NCBI GenBank assembly: GCA_963693365.1 | Contig: CAVNZM010000001.1 | Span: 9,316,907-9,380,906 of the forward strand | DNA from: Amoebidium appalachense | Taxonomy: Eukaryota; Protista; Ichthyosporea | Direction: 5' to 3' | Length of the DNA stretch: 64,000 nt | In this document: positions 1-51,373 of the stretch, piece after piece | How positions within the stretch are numbered: position 1 is the stretch's first letter | How the letters are laid out: each line of letters starts with the position of its first letter | Notes under the pieces: model-generated | What the model was told of the DNA's origin: nothing | Seen by the model: the letters and a program-made list of their open reading frames with translations, nothing else | Databases searched by the model: none | Program-made: the position numbers and the translations under genes

Positions 1-71
1 CATTAAAACTACATGCATTCAGTACCATGCTTTATTTGCATGTATATACTACCTTGAGGTAACTAACAAAG

Positions 72-640
<569 letters not shown>

Positions 641-1310
641 ATGACGCTTGTGCGTATGCAATCGTATACACGGATGAACATGCAGAACTCCTTTCATTTC
701 AGATTTTGTTGATTCTTATTGTTGATCTTTTTGTTTTTGTTTTAGTGCTAAGAGATGCAGTAACTAACAAGCACTTCAGTTTGCTAAGATAATCATGCTT
801 GTAGCTAATCACGTCCGCTGGTTCGGCCCCTTTAGATTTAGATTTAAGTTGACTATTGTTTTGTTTCAATTGGTTTGCCTTTTGTGGGATAAATAATTGA
901 TGAGTACTAAGAGGTGCTGTAAATACATATTTGGGCTAAGATAATCGTGATATGTGTAGTATTTAGTTGCGGCAGCTGGCTAGGCCCCTTTTTAACTTGC
1001 GATCAAAATGGGGGTTATTTAAATTAAAAAAAATTATACATATATCACTCAGTGGATTTTTTGTGATGTTGGATAAGCACTTATTGGTCAGTGAGTGCAA
1101 AGAGATAAGTCACAGACACGTTTAAGCCAAGATGTTCAATGCGCAGCCGTTGGTTCGGCACGTAATAAAATTGGTTACATTTTGCCTCAATAGGAATAAT
1201 TTTTTTTTTTGTGTCGAGTTGGATGAGTGCTCGGAGAGTGCTAAGATGGCAAGATGATAAGATAATCGTGTTTTATTATTTGTTTTAGAGAGGGGAGGGG
1301 GCCGGGGGAA

Positions 1311-1347
<37 letters not shown>

Positions 1348-2168
1348 TGATGGGGAACCCAACTAATTTTTTCGATTTATCAGTTTGTACGACACTTCAT
1401 TGATCCCTGATCATGATTTATAATTAACGCCGAGGGGATATACCGAGCAAAACCCCCATACATGAGACTGGTCTCTCTTGTGCCTCGAGTAAACAGCGTA
1501 AACTACCATTACTATTTTAACAGGTTTTGTAACAGTTGGGTGAGCTACTGTGCTCAGTGAGTGCTAAGAGATAATTTGAAGCAGATACATATTTGGGCTA
1601 CGTTTATATATTTCGTCAGTGCATGTGGCTATTATTAAATCCCAGCCGTCTGGCGTGCATAATGATTGTGTTGATAAAATGTCACTCTCCCTCCCCGTGC
1701 CCCCCCCCCCCCCCCTCCCCCCCCCCCCCCCCCCCCCCCCCCATTCCCTTCTCTCTAGCACATGCACAACGTCGTGGCACTGCGCACACATGCATGATGC
1801 ATCATGGCCAGCAACACACACTACTACTGAGAAACAACACGCATTATACACGTAGACACACGCACACATCATCGTGTGATACATGCTGCAGAAGACGCAC
1901 ACGTGCGACGCCATGACACTGTACGGGCAAAGTGCACCCGGTAGCACAGGCAGACACTAGCTAGGCACAATCACCTCTTCACGGCACCGGTACCGCGTGC
2001 ATTATGAAAACCCGGGCACCGTGTCAAACATGCACATGCACGTGTGTGCCAACTCGTGCATGCACAAACACACAGCATTCGTTACACACACACACACACA
2101 CACATACACACACACACACAAGCACGCTGCACACACACACACACACACACACACGCACATACACAGTG

Positions 2169-2204
<36 letters not shown>

Positions 2205-2429
2205 TGACAGATAAACACACATCACGTACATTGCCACATACTGCGTCATTGTGGAAACGGGAACTTCGTACAGTAGCGCATTCTTCCAACAATACGATGT
2301 TTCCACACACGTAGTACCTGGTCCGTGATATACTGAGGACCTTCAAGTCGTAGCATGCGGCAAGCCCACGCAGAAAAGAAAAAAGGTCATAAATATTGGC
2401 ACACCACGAAGTTCAACACGTACCGAATT

Positions 2430-2472
<43 letters not shown>

Positions 2473-2935
2473 GAACACAAGCATAACCTTGCTCGCACCA
2501 GTTTATAGTTGCAAGCGCTGATCGTAACTAATGTATACATAAGGTTGTGTGTGGCTATAGTCAAGGGAGAGAGACATGTGTGGGCCATGGCACAAGGGCT
2601 AGGGAAGGCGGTGTGGGGTAACCCCCCCCGGGAGGGGGGGGGGGGGGGGGGGAGGGGGGGGGAGGGGGGGGGGAGGGGGGAGGGGGGGGATCTACTAAGA
2701 CACACGTCTATTAACTATTGAAATGATACAAAGAGGTGGGAATTGATGGTGCACATACATACTTCGACTAAAGGGAGAGGATTCCGGAGGAAAGGAGTTC
2801 CGGACCCATGGGACGGGGAGAGAGCTCGAGGTGCGAGGTGTGGAGAAGTCTAGAAGTTTCAGTGATTTGGTGCTAACAATTGTCAATGACTCGATACATA
2901 GTCGTGCATATTCCCAGAGCTGGATGTAGGCTATG

Positions 2936-3068
2936 TTAACATCGTAGCACCCTAGCTTGAGTGCTGTCGGTACTGGGTGGAAGACGGTAGTTCCCCCTGA
3001 GGACCCTTAGGGGTACCTCCGGGAACAAAACGGGATAAAAAATAAATAAATAAATAAATAAATAAAAA
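2936..3068 (+). mobile_element. 5'-truncated SINE/LINE-tail insertion (family A) with 14-bp TSD
   Basis: Flanked by GGATGTAGGCTATG at 2922-2935 and 3069-3082; ends in (AAAT)n; body closely matches 49168-49273. Confidence 0.85.
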
Positions 3069-3223
3069 GGATGTAGGCTATGACATATTATTACATCGGA
3101 GACTAGACGGGAAGGCTAAACAACTGAACTCAGTTATAACGAAGTGGTGAAAGGATCATAAAGATATATGAAATTCTAACTCTGCTAATGAATGGGGTTG
3201 GTTATAGAGGCTTGGGGGCCAGA

Positions 3224-3264
<41 letters not shown>

Positions 3265-3353
3265 ATGCAAAAATGCAAAAAATCCTGACTCATGGTACCA
3301 GTGTCACACAAGTTCGCGGTGCAAAATTCTCCTGTGACAGGGGGAGGGGGGTG

Positions 3354-3405
<52 letters not shown>

Positions 3406-3819
3406 GGGGGGGGGGTCCACCACTCCGGTCCTGCGGATATAGGTTGGTTGGGGGTGGAGGGCACCCACCCCGAGTTTGAGTAGGCATAATATCCCCCCTC
3501 TCCTCCCCCTCCCTCCCCCCTTCTCCCAACGCTATCCAGCCCCCTCCCCCTCCCCCCCCCCCCCCCCCCCCCTCCCCCCTGGCCCCTCCTTCCCACCCCC
3601 TGCTCCCGCCCTCCCTCTTTTCCCCTAAATTCTAAAATCCCAAGGTTTGGCTGATGGATTAATAATTAATGCGGTCCAGAGAGCTATTTAATGTTACTAA
3701 TGTAAAAGCACGGTAGGATAAAACAGCGAAAAGAACTTACATGTATGATTAATTTTTAGAACTCTCGAGAAGCTCAAAATTTTGTGTGTGTGTGTGTGCG
3801 CGTGTGTTTGTGGGTGGGT

Positions 3820-3861
<42 letters not shown>

Positions 3862-4801
3862 GAGGAGACGTCCCTGCCCGCAGGAGGGGGGGAGAGGGGG
3901 GACGGAGACGTTTGTTTCCGAGCCAACCATGTGTATGTAATTACAGAGCTGCCAGATGTGCGTGTGCGTGTGTGTGAATTTCGGATACATAGGCAAACTG
4001 CAACAAAAAGAAAGTTACCATTACTGATCAAGAGATACTGTGCCGTGGGTGTTAAAGTATCATCTCTGTCACTGGGCAACGGTTTTGTGTACGCATGGGG
4101 GTTGGTGCATGCTTGTGTGGTGGGGGAGGATTTGCGCACGTGTACACTGTGTGCGTGTGTGTGCGTGAGTCATATGTTTGTGTGATTGTGCCGTGCGAAT
4201 GTGTGTGTGTGTGCGTGTGGGTTGTGTGTGTGTGTGTGTGTGGGGGGGGGGGGGGTTACGTGCATACATGGGCACCTTTATTCGCTGCTATTTATTACAC
4301 GAATGGCTTTTTTGTACTCATCTATTTTTTAAAAATAGTTACATAGTTCCCTAATATAATGTGATTTTGGGCCATACAATGGCCACTTGTCGACCGAACC
4401 TTCAAAAAAACTTTGGACCTATGGTGAGGCTGTGCAGATTCATGCACGTGCATGTTTATGTGTGTGTGCGTGCGAGTGTGCGTGTCCACATGGAAACATC
4501 TTGAATCCTACAGAGCTATGTTAACATGTTAATCTGGGTGCCACCGCCCATTCAACAAACCAACACCTGAGTGTTAGAAACTTTAAATTCAACTCCATGA
4601 TTACTTAGCCACATGACCCCCCCCCCCCCCCCCCCCCTCCCCCCCCATCAGACACACACACACACACACACAACCACCCAACCACTCTATCCCTCTGGCC
4701 ATCGAGCTTTCAACATAGACGCAAAACGAAATCCGAAACTTTCGCAATTATTCAGTCATACATTCAAATCAACCACCCTCTTCGCTTTTGCACTCTTGCA
4801 C

Positions 4802-28382
<23,581 letters not shown>

Positions 28383-28534
28383 GGTGTCGGAAAGAAATGG
28401 AAGCACGGTGAGGCAGTGAAGAGCGAGGAAGGGGGGTAACGGAGGGGCTGCTTTTTATGCCTCCTGAAGTTGAAATTTTGAATACTATCTCTCTCCTGTA
28501 ATCCCCTCCCCCCCCTTCCCCTCCCTTCCCCCCA

Positions 28535-28595
<61 letters not shown>

Positions 28596-28899
28596 ACCAC
28601 CACCACTACCACCACCACACCACCTAAAACTCACCATCCCCTCCTCTCTGGTCCGAGAATGGGTGTACGTGAAAAAGAAAAATAACGTGTGCCTGAAATA
28701 AAAGGATGGACCAAATAGGTATGGGGGGGAAAGAGCGGTGTACAATGTGAGGCATGGATGCCGGCACACGGCCGCCACACACACGCACACACACACAACG
28801 CAGTAAACGTACAACCTCACACACACACCCCCAGCCATACACCCGCACACCCACACCACACAGACCACTCTCAACACCCAGCTCAAATACCTTAGTGCA

Positions 28900-29631
28900 G
28901 CGTTAGTTCCTGACTCAGCCCACGCCCCATCTCTTTCAGCGAGTATTCCAAACTATCATCACAATTCTATCCATTTTCTGGACACTAATTCATGTTGGTT
29001 TCTGGGAAGAGCTCTATCCTAGTCGGCCATATCCTAACCTCCTAAGGCATACAAGTAAAGTAAAACTGAACAGAAAGCGCCCGAGTGTCCAAGCTGGGCC
29101 GATAACCGCAAAATTGCACCCCAAATTTAGGCTCAAAATGAATGGCAAAGCCCCCAGGCATGAGGGCTCATTTTAAGCTGTCAAATATTGCTAAATGTGA
29201 ATGTAAATCCAGTCAGGATTTGTTAAAAGCCCCTTTTACCTTGGCGCCAGATTTGAATTCATGGCCCCCGGCCCCGTTCCTGTCAGCCAGCTGGCTGATT
29301 TTGGTTTGATGAGTCAACGGAGCTTGCAAGGAAGAAGAGTTGTGTAAGGGGACATCATTAGAGGTTTACACACTATTAATTGCTGACTTTTTTCGAACTT
29401 TCTTGGGGAAAGGCTGCACCGTGCGGCAGGCCGAGGCCGACCTGTGTGTACGTCTCGAGGATGATGTAGATTGGGGCACTGGAATAGTAAGAAAGCATGT
29501 TTTAAAAGGTGGTTACATAGCACTATCATGGTTCCAAAGTTCGCTCGTTCTTAACCATGTTTGCATTTCAATTCAGGTAGCACATTTATAGTTAGCAAAA
29601 CGTTCACTACCAGCTGCAATCTTTTTGAAAG
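28900..29631. promoter_or_regulatory. Probable bidirectional promoter region between CDAN1 and ANAPC4
   Basis: Divergent ATGs are 1.25 kb apart, and this stretch is free of microsatellites, unlike the flanking introns. Confidence 0.5.
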
Positions 29632-44725
<15,094 letters not shown>

Positions 44726-44891
44726 GGCGAATGATTTAATGTTATGTTTTTATTTTTATTTTTAATGTTTGTTTTTTTTTCCTCTATGCATTCACTTTGT
44801 ACACATTGTAGTTTTTCTCAGGCCATGCACTTGTAATGGCTTCAGTTGGCTATGTCAAGACCTCACCACCACCACACACACGCGCGCGCGA

Positions 44892-44933
<42 letters not shown>

Positions 44934-46256
44934 ACACGTGGCACAGCTTTTTCTTGACCTCCCACCATATCTCCTCTTCTCTTTCTCTCTCTCCCCCCCC
45001 CCCTCCCTCTCTCTCCCTCTCTCCCTCCCCCCACTCTCTCCTTCCCTCCCCCCACTCTCTCCCCCACCCCCCCCCCCCCCCCCCCCCCTCCACCCCCCCC
45101 AAAAATAAGCCACTACCTACCCACCTACTCACACGTGAAACCCATACACTCCTCTCCTCTCCCTCCCTCCCCCCCCCCTTCCCCCGCCTCCCTCCCTCCC
45201 TCCCTCCCTCCCTCCCTCCCTCCTTTCCGCTGCCATCTCCCTAATTCCTTCTTTGGCCATCAAATATGCATGAATGAAACGAATGGACTAGCTGAATTTG
45301 CTTGATTTCCCGTGAAGTTGGCGAAGACCTTTAGTGCACTGCCCTTAGAGAATCTTCAAGTTTCGCCAATGGCATCGAGTGAGGGCACATTTCTATTAAT
45401 AGATATTTGAAATCGTGGGCACCCAATCTCGTTAGGGGGGGGGGGGGGGGGGGGGGGGGGATGTGCTGTTTATTAACGACATGTAGGTGAGCTGTGATGA
45501 GTTGTCGGCACCAAGGCCAACAGTACTTCCACCCAACAAGATATACATGTACAAATCGATGTTACACTTACATCATACAGATTTTTATGTGGAGATATAA
45601 CCTATCAGATAGACATCGTATGTGGAGATATAGAATCTCGTTAGAGCTCTAGAATTGGCTTCAAAGTCAGTCAGCGTTACCTTTTTCGTCCCTTCGGCTC
45701 GTTTGTGTAGTCTTCTGGTCACGTCACAAACAAAAAAATATATATAATAAAAATAAAAAAATAAAAATGCCTATGTAACATATACATTTTTCTTGCCTTC
45801 GCGCCCAGCGAAATTTTGTTGAGGCTTGAGGTCAAACAACCAAGTCATGACTCAGGCGTCCGATCATTTAGTAGTCTGCTGCATATGACGTCATGCAAAC
45901 GGGAAGAATTGTGGGGAAAAAATGCTAAAATACAGAATATGGGACAACTTCAGACTAATTCAGGCCAGATCTAGAGCGTGTGTGCGTGCTTTTTCCCCAA
46001 ATACAAAAGCTTCTCTCTCTCCCTCTCTCTCTCCCCCTCTCTCTCTATACCTCTCTTTCTCCCTCTTTCTCTCTCTCTGTATTCCGCTTACATTTAGACC
46101 ACACACACGTACACTTTATATACCTTCAGCCACAGAAGTACAAACGTATATTGCTGCACTCAGCTGACAATTAGCTGAACATTGCACATTGGCCCATTCG
46201 TTAAGATCTTCCACGCAGTCATCTCTAATTGAGACCAGCTGCAGCACGGCGGCACA

Positions 46257-47084
46257 ATGGCGGGTGCAAAACTACGACTGTGTCTTGTGCAAGCACCATG
46301 CGTGGTGGGCGATGTACAGGCAAACCTCAAAACCTTGGTAGGAAAGGTGGAGGAATTAAAGCAGGATGCAGACATCATCGTCTTTGCTGAACTCTTCACA
46401 AGCGGGTACATGTTCCCGGCTGCAGACGCGGAGAAGCTTTCAGAGACGAAAGATGGAGAATCCTTTCAAGTGATGAGCAAATGTGCGCGCAAAAACAATG
46501 TCGGCATCATTTACAATTTCCCTGAGAAGGATCCAGCGACGAGGAAGAGGTACATTTCGTCCATGTTTTTGGACAAAACCGGTGCCGAGCTCGTTTGCTA
46601 CCGCAAAACGCATCTTTGGGACCCAACATTCGACTTTTTCGAGCGTGCAGTGTTTGTTGATGGTGACTCCCTCTGCCCCATCATCCCATTTCCATGCGAC
46701 GGAGGGACTGTAAACATCGGGCTTCTCGTCTGTTGGGATGTCGAACATCCCGAACCAGCACGCGCTTTGGCTCTAAGCGGAGCGGATTTGATCATCGTTT
46801 GTGCAGCAAACACCGATTTGGATACCGTAAATTTGGTTGTGCGTGCGCGCGCGCTCGAGAATCTGGCATATGTTGCCTATTGCAACATGATGGGAGATCC
46901 GTTTTGCGGGAACAGCCAAGTCGCAGCGCCCACATCAGAGGTGGTGGAGAGGCTCGGGAACGATGAGGGGCATGTTGTGGTTGTGGTGGAGCCGCAGAAC
47001 CCGGCATATGTTTTGAAGAGGGAGAGGAACCAGTTTTTCAGGGACAGGCAGGCTAGGTTGTATAAGGTGTTGGCGGAGGAATGA
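46257..47084 (+). CDS. Nitrilase/carbon-nitrogen hydrolase superfamily amidase (R-amidase-like), intronless, 275 aa
   Basis: Continuous ATG-TGA ORF with the Glu-Lys-Cys triad in family context (IIVFAELFTSGY, YRKTHLW, GLLVCWDVEHPE), plus ARALALSGADLI and RARALENLAYVAYCN. Confidence 0.93.
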   Translation: MAGAKLRLCLVQAPCVVGDVQANLKTLVGKVEELKQDADIIVFAELFTSGYMFPAADAEKLSETKDGESFQVMSKCARKNNVGIIYNFPEKDPATRKRYISSMFLDKTGAELVCYRKTHLWDPTFDFFERAVFVDGDSLCPIIPFPCDGGTVNIGLLVCWDVEHPEPARALALSGADLIIVCAANTDLDTVNLVVRARALENLAYVAYCNMMGDPFCGNSQVAAPTSEVVERLGNDEGHVVVVVEPQNPAYVLKRERNQFFRDRQARLYKVLAEE

Positions 47085-47697
47085 TGCCGGTTTTTTTTTC
47101 TTTTTTTTCTTTTTTTTTTTTTTTTTTTTTGCCCTTCTGCTGTGGGGGTGGGTGGGTTTGGGGGGGGGGGGGGGGGGGGGGGGGATATCTTAAACTCTTG
47201 TACAGAACGGTGGCCTGCAAGTTAATAAGATGTTGCTGCAGCTTTTGAGTTGTTCTTGATTCTGTAAAGATCATTGCTGTATTTACTTGATAATGTGGCT
47301 AATAGACGTAGAGACCAAACCCTTAGTTGGCCAGTTAGGGCAGGTAATATTAGTTTCGGTTGGTGAGCGTTCTGATAACTTGGAAGGCCTAGCCTACAAA
47401 ACTGGTAACTGGTCCGAATTATCTTCAGGGGAAAAAAAAAAAACTTGATACTGTTGTAAAATCCCATAATGGCCACTAAGAGTGGGTTAGCTAACCGTCT
47501 CTTAGCATGTTGGTCTATAGCTAAGCAAGAGGCTTGGAATAGCTTTAGTTTGGCCTCTTTATGATATGCAAATGCTAGGGCTAGCGTGCCCTTTTCGGTA
47601 CCACAATAGTGTATAAAATCGTGTTATGATCAGTGTCTTTTTCTTTTTGGGGGGCCTAGGGAGGGGGAGGGGGGTATAACCCCATATGCAGCAGTCC

Positions 47698-47731
<34 letters not shown>

Positions 47732-48187
47732 CCATCCACCCCCCCCCCCCAAAAAAAAAAAAAAAAAGAAAGAAAGAAAAAGAAAAAAGAAGAAAAGAAA
47801 ACGAAGAAAAAATATTAAATATTTGAGAGAAATACTCGGAATACTTCTCACTTCCATTTGCGTGATTGTATTTCTTTTGTCAACCCTGCAAGAACCCTCC
47901 TTCCCCTCCCCTCCCCCCTTCCCCTCCCCCCCCCCCCCCCCCCCCCTCCCCCCTCCTTTCCGGGGGCCCCCTGAGGACCCTGAGAATGAGTTCTGCTTAT
48001 TTTGCATTCTGTGCGCCTTGCTGGTATTGCATGATTCTGGCATTTATACCTGTCTTGCTCCGTGTATTTCATTGATGTCGTTTGTAGTTGTATTTGCCAA
48101 GTTGCGAGTTTTAGCCTCCCCAACCCTCCCCCTCCCCCACCTCTCACTCCCCTCCCCCCCCCCCCCTCCCCCCTCCCCCTCCCCCCC

Positions 48188-48227
<40 letters not shown>

Positions 48228-48447
48228 AGCACACACCCGCCACACCCACACAGACACACACACACAGATTCCGTACGGTATTTGTCCCCCCCTTGTTTAT
48301 ATCGATGTTTGCTGATGTAGTACTTCCAGTTGAATGTAAGCTCCTATTATGCTTGCATGTCACCCTGCACCGTGTTTCTCAACGGGTAATTACACTTGCA
48401 TTATTCATTGATTTAGCTCCACAAGTACGTATACCGTGTTGGTACAT

Positions 48448-48496
<49 letters not shown>

Positions 48497-49078
48497 CCCC
48501 GTACGTCGACGTCCATCCTGGCCGGATCCCTCCCGTAAAAAAAACAAGCCAAGAGTTAGCTAACTGCCGGGTTCTTTGAAATCCCCCCCCACCCCGTGTG
48601 CGCGGGCCTCACGCCGATCGGGCCTCCTTTACTGATGACAGTCAAAGTTTCCTCAATGTGTAAATAAAGTTACAGGTCAACAGCCTTCTGCTAGCGGCTG
48701 CCAGCACATCATATGCATATCTAATGATAGACTGCTTTCTGTGTGCACAATCTGCAACTTTTTGTTGTCGACGGGTACTTACTTATCCCCCCCCCCCCCC
48801 CCCCCCCCCCCTCCCCCCACACAAACACACTTATATCCCCAGCCTCCCCCCCTCCCCCCCCCCCCCCCCCCCCCCACACACACCCAAAAAAAAAAAAAAA
48901 AAAAAAAGAGAGAAAGGGAGGGGGGGGGGGGGGGGGGGGGGGGAGCCGGGGGGTCTGGAGATACATGCTGCCTTAGGCCGTCACGGTGAAGTAACTTTTC
49001 TGTCTTTTAGGCGCTAGCTCTTGTCTTTGAAGTTTTTGATTGAGTTATCAAACAGTCGTTAAGTGAAGGTTACAAAGC

Positions 49079-49273
49079 CCGGCGTGGCTGGGGTTGATAC
49101 CCTGGGCAAAGTGTGTACATCATGATAATCAGGACTGTTATAGGTGTGTGAACGGTTTAGCTACTAGCATCGTAGCACCCTAGCTAGAGTACTGTCGGTG
49201 CTGGGTGGAAGACAGTAGTACCCCCTGAGGGCCCCTGGGGTACCTCCGGGAACAAAACGGGATAAAATAAAAT
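49079..49273 (+). mobile_element. Longer copy of SINE/LINE-tail family A with 13-bp TSD
   Basis: Flanked by AAGGTTACAAAGC at 49066-49078 and 49274-49286; A-rich tail; the 3' ~105 bp are shared with 2940-3045. Confidence 0.85.
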
Positions 49274-50350
49274 AAGGTTACAAAGCTGCAAGATTTTTAG
49301 AAACACGCATATGCATGCAATACCATACACGTGGCCAGATTCTGAAAACATGGAGCAGAAAACGGACACATTCCAATGAATATATATACATATATATGTT
49401 GGTATGGAACTACTGTACTTCAACTTACTCGATCTAGGGAAAAAACCCTCGAGCCTCAGGCGGAAAAAACTGTTTGTATCGAGAGAGCAGACGGGAAAAA
49501 TTAGGAAGAGAAGGGGGTGGGAAAAAAAAAAAATGGCCATGGGAACACGTATAATCTGAGCTGGCTTTCGAATTCAAAAGAGGAGACGAGGACTAAAAGA
49601 CGCAGAGAAGAGAAAAGAGAGCAAAACATGCATGCATGATGCGCAGGTAATTACGGAGAAGAAGCAATTGATTTACTTCCAAAGCAAAGGAATTTTAATT
49701 TCAGACCGACGACGACATACATAGACGACGTCGCAGGGAAATTTCGCCTTACGTAATTACGTGCCACATTTCAGAACAGCTTATATCAGTGTGGTAGTGG
49801 GCACCGTGGTTGCACTGTTAACGTTATAGTGCATGCGCATGTGTCACTGTGTGTGGGCGGCGGGTTGTAGAGAGCTGCAGCTGAGAGCCTGAGAGAGAGC
49901 GAAGGGGGGGGGGGGGGGGAAGATCCGCGATGGCGCTGGGCAAGTATATCTGGGGGCATTTTGAGGTAAACATCAAAACGCAAATCCTAAGAAGGAAATC
50001 ACGCCACATAGCGCGTAGCCAACTACTTAGACAGTAGGGCCAGGCCTTGCAGGCCTGTGTGACGGGAAAAAACCACGTGGAAATTGAAAATTACAAATAT
50101 AATTTTCGTTAAATGACGATCAAGACCATGCAGACAGGAAAGTGAATATTATTCTGCCCCCCCCCCCCCCCCGGGGACCTAACTCAACTAGCGACCCAGA
50201 GCCTCCCGACTTTCGACCCGTTCACCTCACCCGTAAGACCACATTATCTCGGGTACTGCTTCATCAGAACATGAAGTAGGCTGCGTGTGCGTGGAGCAGG
50301 GGGTAATGAGGGGGGGGGGGGTCGAGGAAGGGGGGTTTAAATGCGCCATT

Positions 50351-50547
50351 AAGTACGAAATACACAACAAAGGACAACACGATGCAGAGTGCAAGCAATA
50401 CATAAAGAGTATACATAATAAGCAGAGCCCATCCTCAAGGGGGGGCCACGCCATCCACAGTACCCGAGTTTCGACCCATTCACCTCGTCAATGAAACAAA
50501 TCTCGAATACTGTTTCACTTGAACATGGGTGGGTTACCTGTCTTGAT
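50351..50547. repeat. Dispersed repeat family B copy
   Basis: Direct similarity to 15537-15721; partial copies nearby at about 50205-50230 and 50925-51035. Confidence 0.85.
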
Positions 50548-50964
50548 CAGCGACGGGCAGGGTTACTTATGCAAGCAGGCAAAAGGCAACAGGCAAGGGC
50601 AGTGGGAAAGGGGGGGGGGGGGGGGGGGGGGAGGGGGGGGGGAGAGGGAGGGGAATGATGTATGCTGAAGGTTGGAATAAAGGAGGAGGAAAGATCAAAA
50701 GACAAAGCACAGGGCTGTATGCATCGGACGACACATAAACAAAATCCCCACAGTAAACAGGGCATGCCGGAAGCAGGGAAAAAGTTCAGACCCCCACCTG
50801 TAAGTATGCAAGTGGTGCAAATATCTGCATATGTAAATTGTGGCCGAAAAGGAGGAGGAGGAGGAGGAGGAGGAGGAGGAGGAGGGGGGGGGGGGGGGGG
50901 GGGGGGGTTTGAATGCGGAACACGGTACGAAGTACGCATACACGACGGACACATGCAAAGGCAA

Positions 50965-51085
50965 ACATTCAAGTATGCAACATCAGCCATGCGCACAGTA
51001 TGCGTCATAAGCAGAGCCCATCCTCAGGGAGGGCCCTGCTTATGACGCATACTGTGCGCATGGCTGATGTTGCAAACTTGAATGT
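50965..51085. repeat. Inverted repeat, 50-bp arms (49/50 matched)
   Basis: Arm 50965-51014 and arm 51036-51085 are reverse complements with one mismatch; the 21-nt spacer can pair further. Confidence 0.95.
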
Positions 51086-51373
51086 GAGGGGGAGGGGGGG
51101 GGGGAGGGGGAGAGAGGAGGAGGAAGGGGTGCACTAGAGGGCTGGGATTGGGATGTACGCACGGAGGCTTGAAAACATTGAACACAACAAAATCAACGCA
51201 AAGTAGTTGTTGGAGGAAAAACTATCACCGCCGCACGAGGCATACCACCTCAACACACACCATACACGTGTTTTTTGATCAGCAGGAAATCACTCCCCAC
51301 TGCATTTATATCATGGAGCTGGCACCCGGCCGTCCACAGGAGCAGGCCGGGCCAACACTCCATATATGGTCAT

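Noticed and set aside
2246-2430. In-frame TGA (QYL*PFFF) suggesting UGA recoding or selenocysteine
   Set aside because: All five modelled genes splice without internal stops, use TGG for Trp and end in TGA, TAG or TAA; this segment has no recognisable homology.
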